NCBI GenBank assembly: GCA_051294905.1
Contig: CM119371.1
Span: forward strand, 6,512,001-6,576,000
Reading direction: 5' to 3'
DNA from: Botryllus schlosseri
Lineage: Eukaryota
DNA length: 64,000 nt
The notes below the pieces were generated by a model. That model had not been told where the DNA came from. It saw only the letters and a program-made list of their open reading frames with translations, and did no database searches. Within the stretch, counting starts at the first letter, position 1; every line of letters begins with the position of its first letter. The translations under genes and the position numbers were made by a program. This document shows positions 13,662 to 27,000 of this stretch, in pieces.

Positions 13662-14769
13662 CAGGCCGTGTTATTTTTGGCATATGCCAAAACTGCCAAA
13701 AATAACTTATTTTTGGCATTTTTCGATTTTTATTTTTGGCAGTTTTGGCATCGTCCTCTAAATAGATAGTTTCAGCCTCGAATTAGTCACAAAAACGCTT
13801 CATTTGGGCTAGTTTGTCAAAAGACACCACAAAATGTGCAGCATCCACTTATAATCAATGCCAACAAACAATAGGAAGAAGAAAAAACCTAACGATTTCA
13901 TAGGTTAATAATATCAAACGAAACCACAAAATGTGCAGTATTCATCGGAATCGGTGCCAATAAGCAAAAAAAAGAAAACCCTAACAAACACTCTCAACGG
14001 CTGATTGTTACAGCTGTTGAATAGACTTAAATCGTGTGCACTGTAACAGTGCTTCCAAACTCAGGTCAGCTAAGTTTCTCCTAAATTCATTTCTCGCCCA
14101 GAGAATCTGGGAAATATCGGCTTCAACAGTAGCCGTTGAGGTAAAGAATGTTGCCAGTCATCCACAAAAGGTTTTCAGAGCTTTAAAATCTTTGGAGGGC
14201 CGAACCGGCTTCCATGCACCATGAAAAGAGATCACTTCGCCAGTGCCATCGATCTCGTCGCGGAAAGAATTGTCTTCCCGATCCTTTTCCAGGAGTTTCC
14301 TGTGTTGTCTCTCAACACATTCTATTTAGTAGCCCGAATATCATTTCTCCTTCAGTCTACTGATATATTCACTTCAGGTGGCTTATTACAAACTCGCATG
14401 GACGAGTCCTGGGAATGTTAGCTTGTTTAAGAACATTGACGCAACAAGATTGTCTGGCAAAACGAGACTATTCAGCTCAGAAATAGCCAGACAGTTTGTT
14501 GCGTCACAATGTTCAACTCGATCACAATGCAAAAATCGTGGTTGATTTTGGGGGTTCCAGCTCCATGAGCAGAATATAATTTATATTTTAATAATCAGTA
14601 CTGCGGCAGCTTCTCATTGATACCCGTTTTATCTAATTTAGCGCTCGACAAGCAAGTCAAACATGGTCGTAAAATTGCCTTTGGACAAATGGAAAGTATA
14701 ACGTAAACCAATGCAATTTTTGGCAGTTTTGGCATCTGGCTCCTGAAATGCCAAAAATAACACGGCCTG
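13662..14769. mobile_element. hAT-like MITE
   Basis: TIRs CAGGCCGTGTTATTTTTGGCA / TGCCAAAAATAACACGGCCTG; 8-bp TSD TATATACA (13654-13661, 14770-14777); TTTTGGCA subterminal motifs. Confidence 0.9.
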
Positions 14770-15709
14770 TATATACATGAGCAATGAGCATCTGCGATAG
14801 GCCTGGTGCGAAAGATACCATTGCTGGCTTATCTATCGCGTCTCGGACCTAGCATGCTTTGGCTTCTATCTCTCGCTGGTTTGGAGACAGTGCGGTCGAG
14901 TTTACGCTAATTGGTGATTGTTTTATGACCACTGTGATTCTGCCAGAAAATGCTTATGTCATATTTCCGAAATCGCTGAGTCATTGTTGTCGAAATGATT
15001 CACTTGAGCTAAGATCAAATATTATAACCGGAAAAACAATTTCGCGACAGATTTGGAGTGCAAACGAACTGAAACACACGAGTTTTATCAATAAATGGCG
15101 CAAACGGTATGATCAATACAATATGTCATCGAAACTTGGAAGGAGTGCTTCATTTTACAACCGCCAGGTAGTACTTATGGCATTTAAATTTTCAGCCGTT
15201 ACGTAATCTACGCAGGCGGATCTATTTCGATTCTCGCCTGTAGCCGAAGCATCAGAGGATAATTTGTGTTCCTTCCCCCATGTTTGACTGTTTCTTACGG
15301 CGTCAAGACGCCCGAAGAAAGACTCCACAAAAGATTATATGTGATATCGAGCAGAAAAAAAACAAATAATAACGTTTAACGAAGACAGCCTATCCCACAC
15401 TGTTACATCGACCAATTGGCTTTAGTCGTTGTTTGATTAAAATACCATAATAGGTAAATGCAACACCTTCTTGCCGGTTAACTACATCGCATTACACGCT
15501 ATGTGTCTTGAGCACATCAGAATATAAATGATTACGATTATTGCGATCAACGTCATGTTCGTGTTTGGTATAGGTCGACTGTAATGCCGCAATTTATAAG
15601 TTATTCAATAAACAATAAAAACAAAAAAATGCAATAGCGTTGCTTCTGCTTCGGACATTTTATATATTCGCAAAACTATTTCATCGTATGGTTTTACGTA
15701 GCCTACTTA

Positions 15710-17606
15710 TTGAAGATCAAAACGCACGATTTTCAAGTTTCAATCGACAATTAGGACACCCGAATTGTAACGGCGTGCCCTCTGCTTCGGATGTGTTACA
15801 TATTGGGATAAGTATTAAATCATGATGTTAATGATAATATCAAAAAGTTGGGAAATTGCGTACTTTTTCAAGATCAAAATGCACGATTTTGCGTCAAATA
15901 CGACTTTTCGTCCAATTCGATTTTCGGTCTATTTCAATCAACGATTAGGACACCCTAAATGTAACGGCGTGCCCTCTGCTTCGGATATGGTATAAATCTG
16001 GATAGGTATTACATCATGATATTAACGATAATATCAAAAAGTTGAGAAATTGCGTACTTTTTCAAGATCAAAATGCACGATTTTGCGTCAAATACGACTT
16101 TTCGTCCAATTCGATTTTCGGTCTATTTCAATCAACGATTAGGACACCCTAAATGTAACGGCGTGCCCTCTGCTTCGGATATGGTATAAATCTGGATAGG
16201 TATTACATCATGATATTAACGATAATATCAAAAAGTTGAGAAATTGCGTACTTTTTCAAGATCAAAATGCACGATTTTGCGTCAAATACGACTTTTCGTC
16301 CAATTCGATTTTCGGTCTATTTCAATCAACGATTAGGACACCCTAAATGTAACGGCGTGCCCTCTGCTTCGGATATGGTATATATCTGGATAGGTATTAC
16401 ATCATGATATTAACGATGATATCAAACAGTTGAGAAATTGTGTACTTTTTCAAGATCAAAATGCACGATTTTGCGTCAAATACGACTTTTCGTCCAATTC
16501 GATTTTCGGTCTATTTCAATCAACGATTAGGACACCCTAAATGTAACGGCGTGCCCTCTGCTTCGGATATGGTATATATCTGGATAGGTATGACATCATG
16601 ATATTAACGATAATATCAAAAAGTTGAGAAATTGCGTACTTTTTCAAGATCAAAATGCACGATTTTGCGTCAAATACGACTTTTCGTCCAATTCGATTTT
16701 CGGTCTATTTCAATCAACGATTAGAACACCCTAAATGTAACGGCGTGCCCTCTGCTTCGGATATGGTATATATTTCGATAAGTATTACATCATGATGTTA
16801 ATGACAATATCAAAAAGTTGGGAAATTGCGTACTTTTTTATGATCAAAATGCATGATTTTGCGTTAAATGCGACTTTTCGTCCAATTCGAATTTTGGGCA
16901 GTTTCAATCGACAATTAGAACGCCCAAAATGTAACGGCGTGCCCTCTGCTTCGGATATGCTATATATTTCGATAAGTATTACATCATGATATTAACGATA
17001 ATATCAAAAAGTTGAGAAATTGCGTACTTTTTCAAGATCAAAATGCACGATTTTGCGTCAAATACGACTTTTCGTCCAATTCGATTTTCGGTCTATTTCA
17101 ATCAACGATTAGGACACCCTAAATGTAACGGCGTGCCCTCTGCTTCGGATATGGTATATATCTGGATAGGTATTACATCATGATATTAACGATAATATCA
17201 AAAAGTTGAGAAATTGCGTACTTTTTCAAGATCAAAATGCACGATTTTGCGTCAATTACGACTTGTCGTCCAATTCGATTTTCGGTCTATTTCAATCAAC
17301 GATTAGGACACCCTAAATGTAACGGCGTGCCCTCTGCTTCGGATATGGTATATATCTGGATAGGTATTACATCATGATATTAACGATAATATCAAAAAGT
17401 TGAGAAATTGTGTACTTTTTCAAGATCAAAATGCACGATTTTGCGTCAAATACGACTTTTCGTCCAATTCGATTTTCGGTCTATTTCAATCAACGATTAG
17501 GACACCCTAAATGTAACGGCGTGCCCTCTGCTTCGGATATGGTATATATCTGGATAGGTATTACACCATGATATTAACGATAATATCAAAAAGTTGAGAA
17601 ATTGTG
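15710..17606 (+). repeat. 194-bp tandem array, left arm of foldback 1 (~10 units)
   Basis: CAAAAAGTTG recurs at 15841, 16035, 16229 (period 194); near-identical units. Confidence 0.95.
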
Positions 17607-17734
17607 ACGCAATAATGAAAATTTATAAATAACATTAATGGGAATTCAACCATAGCAACAATGCGGCGTATATAGCAACAAGCAACTTCAAGAAGTACTG
17701 TCCGTGAGGAATAACATACAAATGCAATGAGACA

Positions 17735-18481
17735 ATGCAGCAACACAGAATAAAAATTGTATTGTACGCATTACGTGTGGTAAATACTGATCGGCTAATA
17801 ATTGACACGCAACAAAATGCTACAATTCTGATGTACGTAAAAACTGGTGAGACGATCAAGGACGCAAGATCAAAGCAAATTCCTCGTCGCCGCATACCGC
17901 CTAATTTGGGCACATGCACAGTTGTGGAGAAAAAGAAAGATGTGCCGTATGTTCCACGGTATGGAAACAATCTCAACAATATGACATGGACAGGAACGTC
18001 TGTCATGCAGTTGAATTCTATGTTAAACAATTTGAAAAAACTTACCACCTCGTCAATGAGAAATGGAAATGCGAAAGCAGAATGGTATCGACATTCTCTG
18101 TTCGTGAAAGGACAACTAAAATCCCTGAAAAAATTCAATTCGACTCTGAAATATGCCGAGAGCGAAACTACGGAAACGCATCTGGAATATTTATTGGAAT
18201 TCATTAAATCGAAATTTTGCCTTAGAACTAGAACCGTTAAATATTTCAAGCACATGAGCGGGGAATTGTCACTATACAGCTCAAAAGACAGTTTAGTCGT
18301 TTATCCGAATCCTGAGGTGTTTGGGAACGCTTTGATTCATAGTTTTAAAGACAAAAAACGAAATTTCCGAGAATATGTAAACGAAGTGCTGCATTTTGAA
18401 GGAATGATATTTTTCGCAATGGCACTGAAAAACCAGGACTACAATTCAATATCAAAAGACTTTGGGTTTTCATTGGATTAA
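17735..18481 (+). CDS. 248-aa orphan ORF in the centre of foldback 1 (unknown function; possibly a decayed fragment)
   Basis: Longest ORF in the unique loop between the arrays; basic, no family recognised. An alternative frame has Cys/His clusters (HSCGEKERCAVC) interrupted by stops. Confidence 0.35.
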   Translation: MQQHRIKIVLYALRVVNTDRLIIDTQQNATILMYVKTGETIKDARSKQIPRRRIPPNLGTCTVVEKKKDVPYVPRYGNNLNNMTWTGTSVMQLNSMLNNLKKLTTSSMRNGNAKAEWYRHSLFVKGQLKSLKKFNSTLKYAESETTETHLEYLLEFIKSKFCLRTRTVKYFKHMSGELSLYSSKDSLVVYPNPEVFGNALIHSFKDKKRNFREYVNEVLHFEGMIFFAMALKNQDYNSISKDFGFSLD

Positions 18482-18721
18482 TTGGAATGATATGCTGCAT
18501 GAATTCAAATAATTCGTTTTTTCTCTAAATACGTCCATTTCTAGAATCCTATATCTACATCGAGTATGCTTTACAAAATACACGTTTCGAAATTACATTT
18601 TCAATTTGCATATTAATCCGTCTGAAGCTCATTGATTCGAGGGGAGTTGCTGACAAAACTTAGCGACGAAGAAAGCAGGACAGGACATAGCATGGTAAAA
18701 CAGAAATTGACCAGGAATCGA

Positions 18722-20640
18722 ATTATCGTTAATATCATGATGTAATACTTATCCCAATATATAATATATCAGCAGCAGAGGGCACGCCGTTACATTTTGG
18801 GTGTCCTAATTGTCGATTGAATCTGACCGAAAATGGAATTGGACGAGAAGTCGTATTTGACGTAAAATCGTGCATTTTGATCTTAAAAAAAGTAAACAAT
18901 TTCTCAACATTTTGATATTGTCATTAATATCATGATTTAATACTTATCGAAATATATACCATATCCGAAGCAGAGGGCACGCCGTTACATTTTGGGTGTT
19001 TTAATCGTTGATTGAAATAGACCGAAAATCGAATTGGACGAAAAGTCGTAATTGACGCAAAATCGTGCATTTTGATCTTGAAAAAGTACGCAATTTCTCA
19101 ACTTTTTGATATTATCGTTAATATCATGATGTAATACCTATCCAGATATATACCATATCCGAAGCAGAGGGCACGCCGTTATATTTTGGGTGTTTTAATC
19201 GTTGATTGATTTAGACCGAAAATCGAATTGGACGAAAAGTCGTAATTGACGCAAAATCGTGCATTTTGATCTTGAAAAAGTACGCAATTTCTCAACTTTT
19301 TGATATTATCGTTAATATTATGATGTAATACCTATCCAGATATATACCATATCCGAAGCAGAGGGCACGCCGTTACATTTTGGGTGTTTTAATCGTTGAT
19401 TGATTTAGACCGAAAATCGAATTGGACGAAAAGTCGTATTTGACGCAAAATTGTGCATTTTGATCCTCAAAAAGTACACAATTTCTCAACTTTTTGATAT
19501 TATCGTTAATACTATGATGTAATACTTATCCCAATATATAACATATCGGAAGCAGAGGGCACGCCGTTACATTTAGGGTGTCCTAATCGTTGATTGAAAT
19601 AGACCGAAAATCGAATTGGACGAAAAGTCGTATTTGACGCAAAATCATGCATTTTGATCCTCAAAAAGTACACAATTTCTCAACTTTTTGATATTATCGT
19701 TAATACTATGATGTAATACTTATCTAGATATATACCATATCCAAAGCAGAGGGCACGCCGCTATATTTTTGGTGTCCTAATTATCGATTGAAACTGACAG
19801 AAAATCTAATTGGACGAAAAGTCGTATTTGACGCAAAATCATACATTTTGATCCTCAAAAAGTACACAATTTCTCAACTTTTTGATATTATCGTTAATAC
19901 TATGATGTAATACTCATCTAGATATATAACATATCCAAAGCAGAGGGCACGCCGTTATATTTTAGGTGTCCTAATTGTCGATTGAAACTGAAAGAAAATC
20001 TAATTGGACCAAAAGTCGTATTTGACGCAAAATCGTGCATTTTGATCCTCGAAAAGTACGCAATTTCTCAACTTTTTGATATTATCGATAATACCATGAT
20101 TTAATACTATCCAGATATATACCATATCCGAAGCAGAGGGCACGCCGTTACATTTTGGGTGTCCTAATCGTTGATTGAAATAGACCGAAAATCGAATTGG
20201 ACGAAAAGTCGTATTTGACGCAAAATCATACATTTTGATCCTCAAAAAGTACACAATTTCTCAACTTTTTGATATTATCGTTAATACTATGATGTAATAC
20301 TCATCTAGATATATAACATATCCAAAGCAGAGGGCACGCCGTTATATTTTAGGTGTCCTAATTGTCGATTGAAACTGAAAGAAAATCTAATTGGACCAAA
20401 AGTCGTATTTGACGCAAAATCGTGCATTTTGATCCTCGAAAAGTACGCAATTTCTCAACTTTTTGATATTATCGATAATACCATGATGTAATACTATCCA
20501 GATATATAACATATTCAAAGCAGAGGGCACGCCGTTATATTTTAGGTGTCCTAATTGTCGATCGAAACTGACCGAAAATCCAATTGGACGAAAAGTCGTA
20601 GTTGACGCAAAATCATGCGTTTTGATCTTAAAAAAGTAGG
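18722..20640 (-). repeat. 194-bp tandem array, right arm of foldback 1 (~10 units)
   Basis: Reverse complement of the left-arm unit (GAAGCAGAGGGCACGCCGTTAC...); more divergent among its units than the left arm. Confidence 0.95.
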
Positions 20641-23054
20641 CGTCGTAAAACCACGATGAAATAGTTTTCCGAATATATAAAATGTTCGAAGCAGAAGAAA
20701 CGCTGTTGCTTTTTTGTTCTAACTGTTTATTGAATAATTCATAAAATACTGTATTACTGTCGACCTATACTAAACAAGAACATGACGTGAATCGCAATAA
20801 TCGTAAGCATGTGTTTTCTGATGTGCTCACGACATAGTGTGCAATGCGATGCAGGTGATCGGCAGGAAGATGTTGCATTTACCTATTATGGTATTTTAAT
20901 CAAAAACGACTTGAGCCAATTGGCCGATATAGCCTAACAGTGTTGGATAGGCTGTCTTCCTTAAATATTATTATTTTTACTTGTTTTCTCCTCGATATCA
21001 CGTATAATCATTTGTAGAATCTTTTTCCGGGCCTCTCGCCGCCGCGAGAAATAGTCACACATGGGGGAAGGAACACAAATTAACCTCTGATGCTGCGGCT
21101 ACAGGCGAGAATCGAGATAGGTCCGCCTGCGTAGATTACGTAACGGCTGAGAATTTAGATGCCATAAGTACTACCTGGCGGTTGTAAAATGAAGCACTCC
21201 TTCAAGTTTCGATTATATATTGTATTGATCATACCGTTTGCGCCATTTATGGATAAAACTCGTGTGTTTCAGTTCGTTTGCACCCCAAATTTGTCGCGAA
21301 ATTGTTTTTCCGGTTATAATATTTGATTATAGCACAGGTGAATCATTTCGACAACAATGACTCAGCGATATCCGAAATATGACGGAAGCATTTTCTGGCA
21401 GAATCACAGTGGTGTTTTATGTTACATTGATTAAAGAGCGACATCGCAAAACTGAATAACATAGAATCGCTGCAAAGAGACTTTAACGTGCGTAATTGAT
21501 TACCGCTAATACTTGAACGTAACGATCAGAAGATGTGTATCATGGCTTGAGTTCTAAACCACTACACAGGTCTGAACCACCTGAAATCAGTGCCGCCACG
21601 TTCGGACATTTTGATTTGCCAAAACTGTCATTGAGGCTGCGTAATCCGCGCGCGTATTTAATTGTTCACCAGAGATCAGGGACTCTCTAATTGACAGCAC
21701 TTCCGGACTCGTTGGCAAGCTTATCATACGCGTAAAATCGTCAACATGAACACCATCCTAGATCTCCTCTCCCGACTATTCGCCCAAATAGACGATCTGC
21801 TTTTTTATCATCATAATGATGTGCGCCCACATTCGTTTACAAAATCATTCTTACGCTAGCTAGCTTCGTGCGATAGTCTTCGTAATCGGAGCGCGAAATT
21901 GGAGGGTGTATTGGTGTGTGCCTCCAAATTGGAATTCATTTTTGCGCATATTCGTTTCTCTAAGAAGGCTTTGCCAGTGAGATTAATCGGGAAATGCAGC
22001 AATACAGCTTGAACACCGATATAATGAGAAAACAATTGACGCGAAGAAAGCTGCTCAATACTATATCAAATTCAAAACCCATTCGTAGCGATACTGATTA
22101 GAATACACGCTTTCTCGTTTGCTACCATCCATATTTTTTTGTTTTCTACTTGATACTTTCGTACTCCGAAATTGTCGCACGAAGTCATTTTTCAGTGTTC
22201 CTTTCGTTATTAACGTGCAGTAGGCAATGCCATGCCATTGTCAAATATTGACGCATACCGAGATTCTGGGTGGCACAAATTCTGATTTTATTCGATTTGT
22301 TTGAACTGGGAACCTTCTATATTCCGATCAACTTGATTGCTGGATGTACTCGTATCGAGAACAGCAATATCGATTATTAAACTATTAGGCATTTGGTAGC
22401 CAGTGAATTTCTATTGATAAGATTGCGGCATGCGTACGGAAGTGGAATTAGTGCTAGCCCAGGGGTATCCAACCAGCGGCCGTAGAAGGAAATTTGTTCA
22501 GCCGTCAACACGTAATTCAATTAGTATGTGTTGGCGGCCATCGACATGCAAATTGAATTTACGAATTGACCGATGTACTTCCAATATGATTCGCGAACGT
22601 AAATCGGAAATGTACCAATGCCGCCAAAATCGCTGTTTTAATCGACAAACAATTGCCGCGATGCGAGCTAATCAACGCGAAGCCAGAAATCGCAAGCGAC
22701 AACTATTGATTGGCTGCGCGATTTCGCGTTTGTAATCATCATTATTGTCTGCTTGAAACCTCATGTTCGAGAGTTGTCATGTGTTAATTGCGAACTTGCC
22801 AGGCCAGTGCGTAGCGTATTTAGTTACTCACATCACAACGCATTGCGCGTGAATAACATTGATACAACTCCAAATTCTCAGTGATGTAAATTCTGATTTC
22901 TGTTAGGTGCATTCCGTCGGACAGACTAGCAGCGCAGTTATATTTTCGTGCGATCGTACTCGTATCGTTTTAAGATGCCATTTAATAACTCGACTGCATG
23001 GTTTGATATGAATGATCACAGGGCCGGTATTAAAACGCCACACGAATAGTTTGA

Positions 23055-23544
23055 AGGGGCACTGCGCTCTAAAAATGATGTGGTCTCAAATTGAAGGTAA
23101 AAACGACCAAAAATTTTGGGCCGCGGCCATTTCCTTCAGAACGCCACCGTAATGGAGGTGCAATTTATTGAAATTTCTACAAGACCAGCTGCCGCGACTG
23201 CTTAACCCGTTACATGGCACGATATCTTCACCGTCGCACTTGCTCGACGCGATTAGGCAGTCTCGCATAGAACGAATTTTAGATAGTTGTCAGCCGATGT
23301 TATGAAGGAAATGTGTCTAAGTTTCGTTCTCTGCGGGAATGCCTTATCGCGTCGAGCAAGTGCGACGATGAAGACATCGTGCCATGTAACGGGTTAAGCA
23401 GCCGCGGCAGCTGGTCTTGTAGAAATTTCAATAAATTGCAGCTCCATTACGGTGGCGTTCTGAAGGAAATGGCTGCGGCCAAAAATTTTTGTTCGTTTTT
23501 ACCTTCAATTTGAGACCACATCATTTTTAGAGCGCAGTGCCCCT
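23055..23544. mobile_element. Palindromic Kolobok-like MITE (490 bp)
   Basis: ~230-bp inverted arms starting AGGGGCACTGCGCTCTAAAAATG; flanked by TTGA (left) and TTAA (right), consistent with a TTAA TSD. Confidence 0.8.
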
Positions 23545-23869
23545 TTAACGCTGCACGTAAACCAGCGCCATGTAGTAAAGTGCGTTTTAGGGCGACGATG
23601 ACGTCATCGATATGGAACGATTATGACGTCACTAGACTTCGCCACCTCGTAAAAAAATAAAAGTCGGCGCCTATGTATCCGGATATTGGAAATTTTTCTA
23701 ACCGGTTAACCGTATAATAACTGCTAAGTGAGACAATCGATTTCATGAGGTCTGCAAGAAAAACGGATCGCAAAATCATTACACAGTGTTATTGTAGAGT
23801 ACCTGCCTATACCTACACGCGCAGGCGCAGTACGAGCGAATATGAGAAAAAAACGCATATTTAATGTTA

Positions 23870-24030
23870 ACTGCTTCTGCAACGCCCTCCTTATAAAGCA
23901 CAATGCATCAGTTGTGGCATCCTGTAGCCGGGACTGGAATTTTGTAACAAAGAGTCCACGTGTAATGAATGCTCTTTCAGCTTCCACAGAAGTGGGCTGA
24001 ATAGTGAGCAGCGCTTCGTAGATAGTCTAA
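23870..24030 (-). pseudogene. hAT transposase C-terminal dimerization-domain remnant
   Basis: TIYEALLTIQPTSVEAERAFITRGLFVTKFQSRLQDATTDALCFIRR matches the PxTSVxxERxFSxxG..R.RL motif of Dimer_Tnp_hAT. Confidence 0.8.
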
Positions 24031-27000
24031 CTAAAGGTTGGCAGGTCGTTCCCGGAAACTTCAACGACTCTACATTCCTTTTCACCATTTTTATGTTTAG
24101 GTTCGGAGTACTAGAAGCACGACTAGCTGATACTGGAATTGATGCCGAAATGATACCTCGCTCTAATTCACATGATCAGGCACGCAGCTAGCCTAGAATT
24201 TAGGGGGGTTTCGATTTTTTTCGAATTAATTATCAGCGGAAATCAATTACGCTTGCACTCACGCACATGTTTGCGAACATTAGATGTCATTCAGTTTCGC
24301 GGTGTCACTCTCAGAATCACTTAACGGCATATCGTCACCAAGCCTTCGGAAGATAGGAGCTAACGCATGCTAGCCATTGCTAGGTCCGAGACGCGATGGT
24401 AACTGGGCCAGCGATGATATCCTTCGTAGGCCTATTGCAGAAGCGATTGTGTAGGTCAGCAATCGTGAACACCAAACCAATGCAGATGCAGATGCGATTG
24501 TGCAGGCCAGCGATGGAATAGTATGCACACTGCACAGGACGATTCTTCAATCCAGCGGAACTATAGGCTTGTTGAAGACGCGATAAATCAGGCCAGAGAC
24601 GATAGCAAAGCATGCGGCAATCAATGACCTAATATGGCGATCTTCTCAGCACAGACACATCTCGCTAATTGGCAACACGCTTCTCGCCAATTGGCTGTGA
24701 ACAACATTGAATACGACGTATTGAAGCTTACTAAAAGTGTAAAACGCATTAGCAACGATTCTTTTTTATCCGGTTAACCGGCAGAATTATATCCGGATAT
24801 CAGATAGTAAAAATACCTGCCGGTTAACCGTTATCCGGATAATCCAACCCTAGCTATAGACAACCTAACACTTTCATTGGGTGAACAGAAATTTTCAAAT
24901 TTTTTGTTATTTATATTGATATATTAAATAGAAACTTTTTTCTCCTGTAGTAATGCGGCTACTGGTTGGAATTGAACCAAATTTGGTGTGTAGGCTTAAA
25001 TTAGGTAACCTAACAATTTTATCAAGTAGCCAGTAAGATTTGACAAAAAAAGTCATTTTTGAAGACCGTTATCTACATCGACGACTTGGAGATAGTCATA
25101 CTCGAGGACGCTCTGATAGGCGGAATAGTTCTACGCATTGAGCTCTAATGTACGCAAGTGGGTTCTCTATATGTATATTTATGTACAAAAATTAACAATA
25201 TATTTACGGGTTTTGCGGTCTGTAGGTCAGCTCCACCTTCAACTCGCTATAGCTTTTAAAGTGCACTTTATTCATCTTACATTAGATTGGGAAAATGCTT
25301 GTATTATCCAGCACATTTCTAACAAATGTTTTCATTTTTAGTAAAAAGTACATCCATTGAATAACCCTTCAAGACAACTAACGTCGAGTATGTTCGTTGT
25401 TCATATGCCACATCATAACCATCAGACAGAAGTGTTATGGTTTCACTCTAGTCACCATAAGGAATAAAGTCGCCGCATTAACACCATATTCCAAAACGGC
25501 TAAATGTACATTGTACACACTGAGTTCACAGGCTTATGAAAAATAGACCAAAAAGTAGTTCTACATTGAAGCGAAAACCCCGATGCGAAACCGTTATATG
25601 AAGATAATGGATAATAAAATATTCACAAAAATAGAATTCAAATAGCATATTTGTTGTCGCGCTGCGGTATCAGTTTCGACCTCCGCAGAAACCCGAATCA
25701 CGATTTAATACTGTTGAATAAAAGTCCAATATCCGCGTTTACAGCTGAATCACTTGTATTACTCACAACGCATACCCACCCAGGGCTAACGCCCGATTAC
25801 GACTGAAACAAAGGTATGGGTATAGTATACAAATAAGCTAAACTTATATCGTCGTCAGAGCCACTGTTTCAATGGTTTCTAGGCGTGGGCAAAACCGAGT
25901 ACCTGATTAGTTCGATTCTGCATCACGTATTATGCTTCGAGTCGAGTATTCAAGTATCACTCATTATGACGTCACAATAACAAAATGTATACTATGTCAA
26001 ATTTCAAATATGTACCTTTTATGCCACCACAAAGAACATATTGCCTGTTATCGGTTACATTAGAGATACTTTTCGACCAAATCGATTTCATTGCAGTTCT
26101 TGAATATGTATTCAACCGGTCAATCATATTATTTGTGCCAATTTCATTGTTTGCTGATAAAGGTGTTACTAGAATAGAATCCCTGCGATATATAATGTAT
26201 TGTAATGTACTATCATGTATACAGGCTTGATAATCAAGTACTCACGAGTCAAGTGCAACACACAAGCATTTATATTTTGTGTAACATTTTGGAATAACTT
26301 GACTTGTCCGGCCCGAAAGCGATCTGAAGGTTTGAATCCGGCCCGCGACGCAAGCTGAGTTTGTCACCCTGCTCTAACTTGAACGACGCAGCAGCGTTTA
26401 TATGCATTTTAATTACGTAAACAGGGTTTTTGCGTACAATGTATCAGACAATTATGGTTATGGAATGTAGTCCTCGATGGATGCGAGGTGATATCACGCT
26501 TGTGCTTCATTGGTCGCATTTCAAAGATATGAGTCATTACGCAAGTACGCGTGAAGTTTACCCAACTGATCTCAATGTGATTTGCAAGATGGGCGGGTTG
26601 AATGTTTTCAATTCCTGTTCCGGCTTTGAGAATGAAATCGAAATCCAAAAGCTATTTCGAATGTTATATAAATCCTAGAATCCTTTTATTAATGGAATTT
26701 ATCCAAAATTCGTATTTCTTGTTTAAATGCAATTCTATGTCGAGCTTCAAAAATTCACAACAAATCCGATGTTTACAAGTTGAAATCTCATTGCACCTTT
26801 TCTCTCAGCAGTGTTGCAGCATCTTTTGCACGCTTCGTCGGTGACGTTTCAAAGCACTGAGCTTGATATGTCGATGGAATGTGCGATCGGCTGCGTCGAG
26901 ATGAAACAATCTTTTGCGCCAACTTTCGAAGAATTCAACCAAATCAATTAGGGCGGAACGTAAAAGAGGGGTTTGGCAGTTAGCAGAATATCTTTCAAGA

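Larger units (their letters stand above)
14928..21413. mobile_element. Foldback transposon 1 (~6.5 kb, ~2.7-kb inverted arms)
   Basis: Termini ACCACTGTGATTCTGCCAGAAAATGCTT / AAGCATTTTCTGGCAGAATCACAGTGGT; direct repeat GTTTTATG (9 bp with the preceding T) on both flanks; ~780-bp unique outer arm, then tandem 194-bp units in opposite orientations; ~1.1-kb centre. Confidence 0.93.
13089..23675. mobile_element. hAT-like non-autonomous element (CATAGGCGCCG TIRs) inflated to 10.6 kb by nested insertions
   Basis: TIRs CATAGGCGCCGACTT / AAGTCGGCGCCTATG; perfect 8-bp TSD TATCCGGA (13081-13088, 23676-23683); internal segments homologous to 27353-30298. Confidence 0.85.
13033..24852 (-). mobile_element. 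Internally deleted hAT transposon (host of the 13089-23675 insertion)
   Basis: ATCCGG/CCGGAT-type subterminal motifs at both ends, ...AACCCTA terminus at 24852, and a transposase C-terminal remnant inside. Left end degraded, no TSD found. Confidence 0.55.

Noticed and set aside
15710..20640. Regular repeats flanking an ORF, superficially CRISPR-like
   Set aside because: Units are contiguous 194-bp tandem copies with no unique spacers, there are no cas genes, and the context is eukaryotic.
23086..23513. Twin ORFs on opposite strands
   Set aside because: By-product of the palindromic MITE arms.
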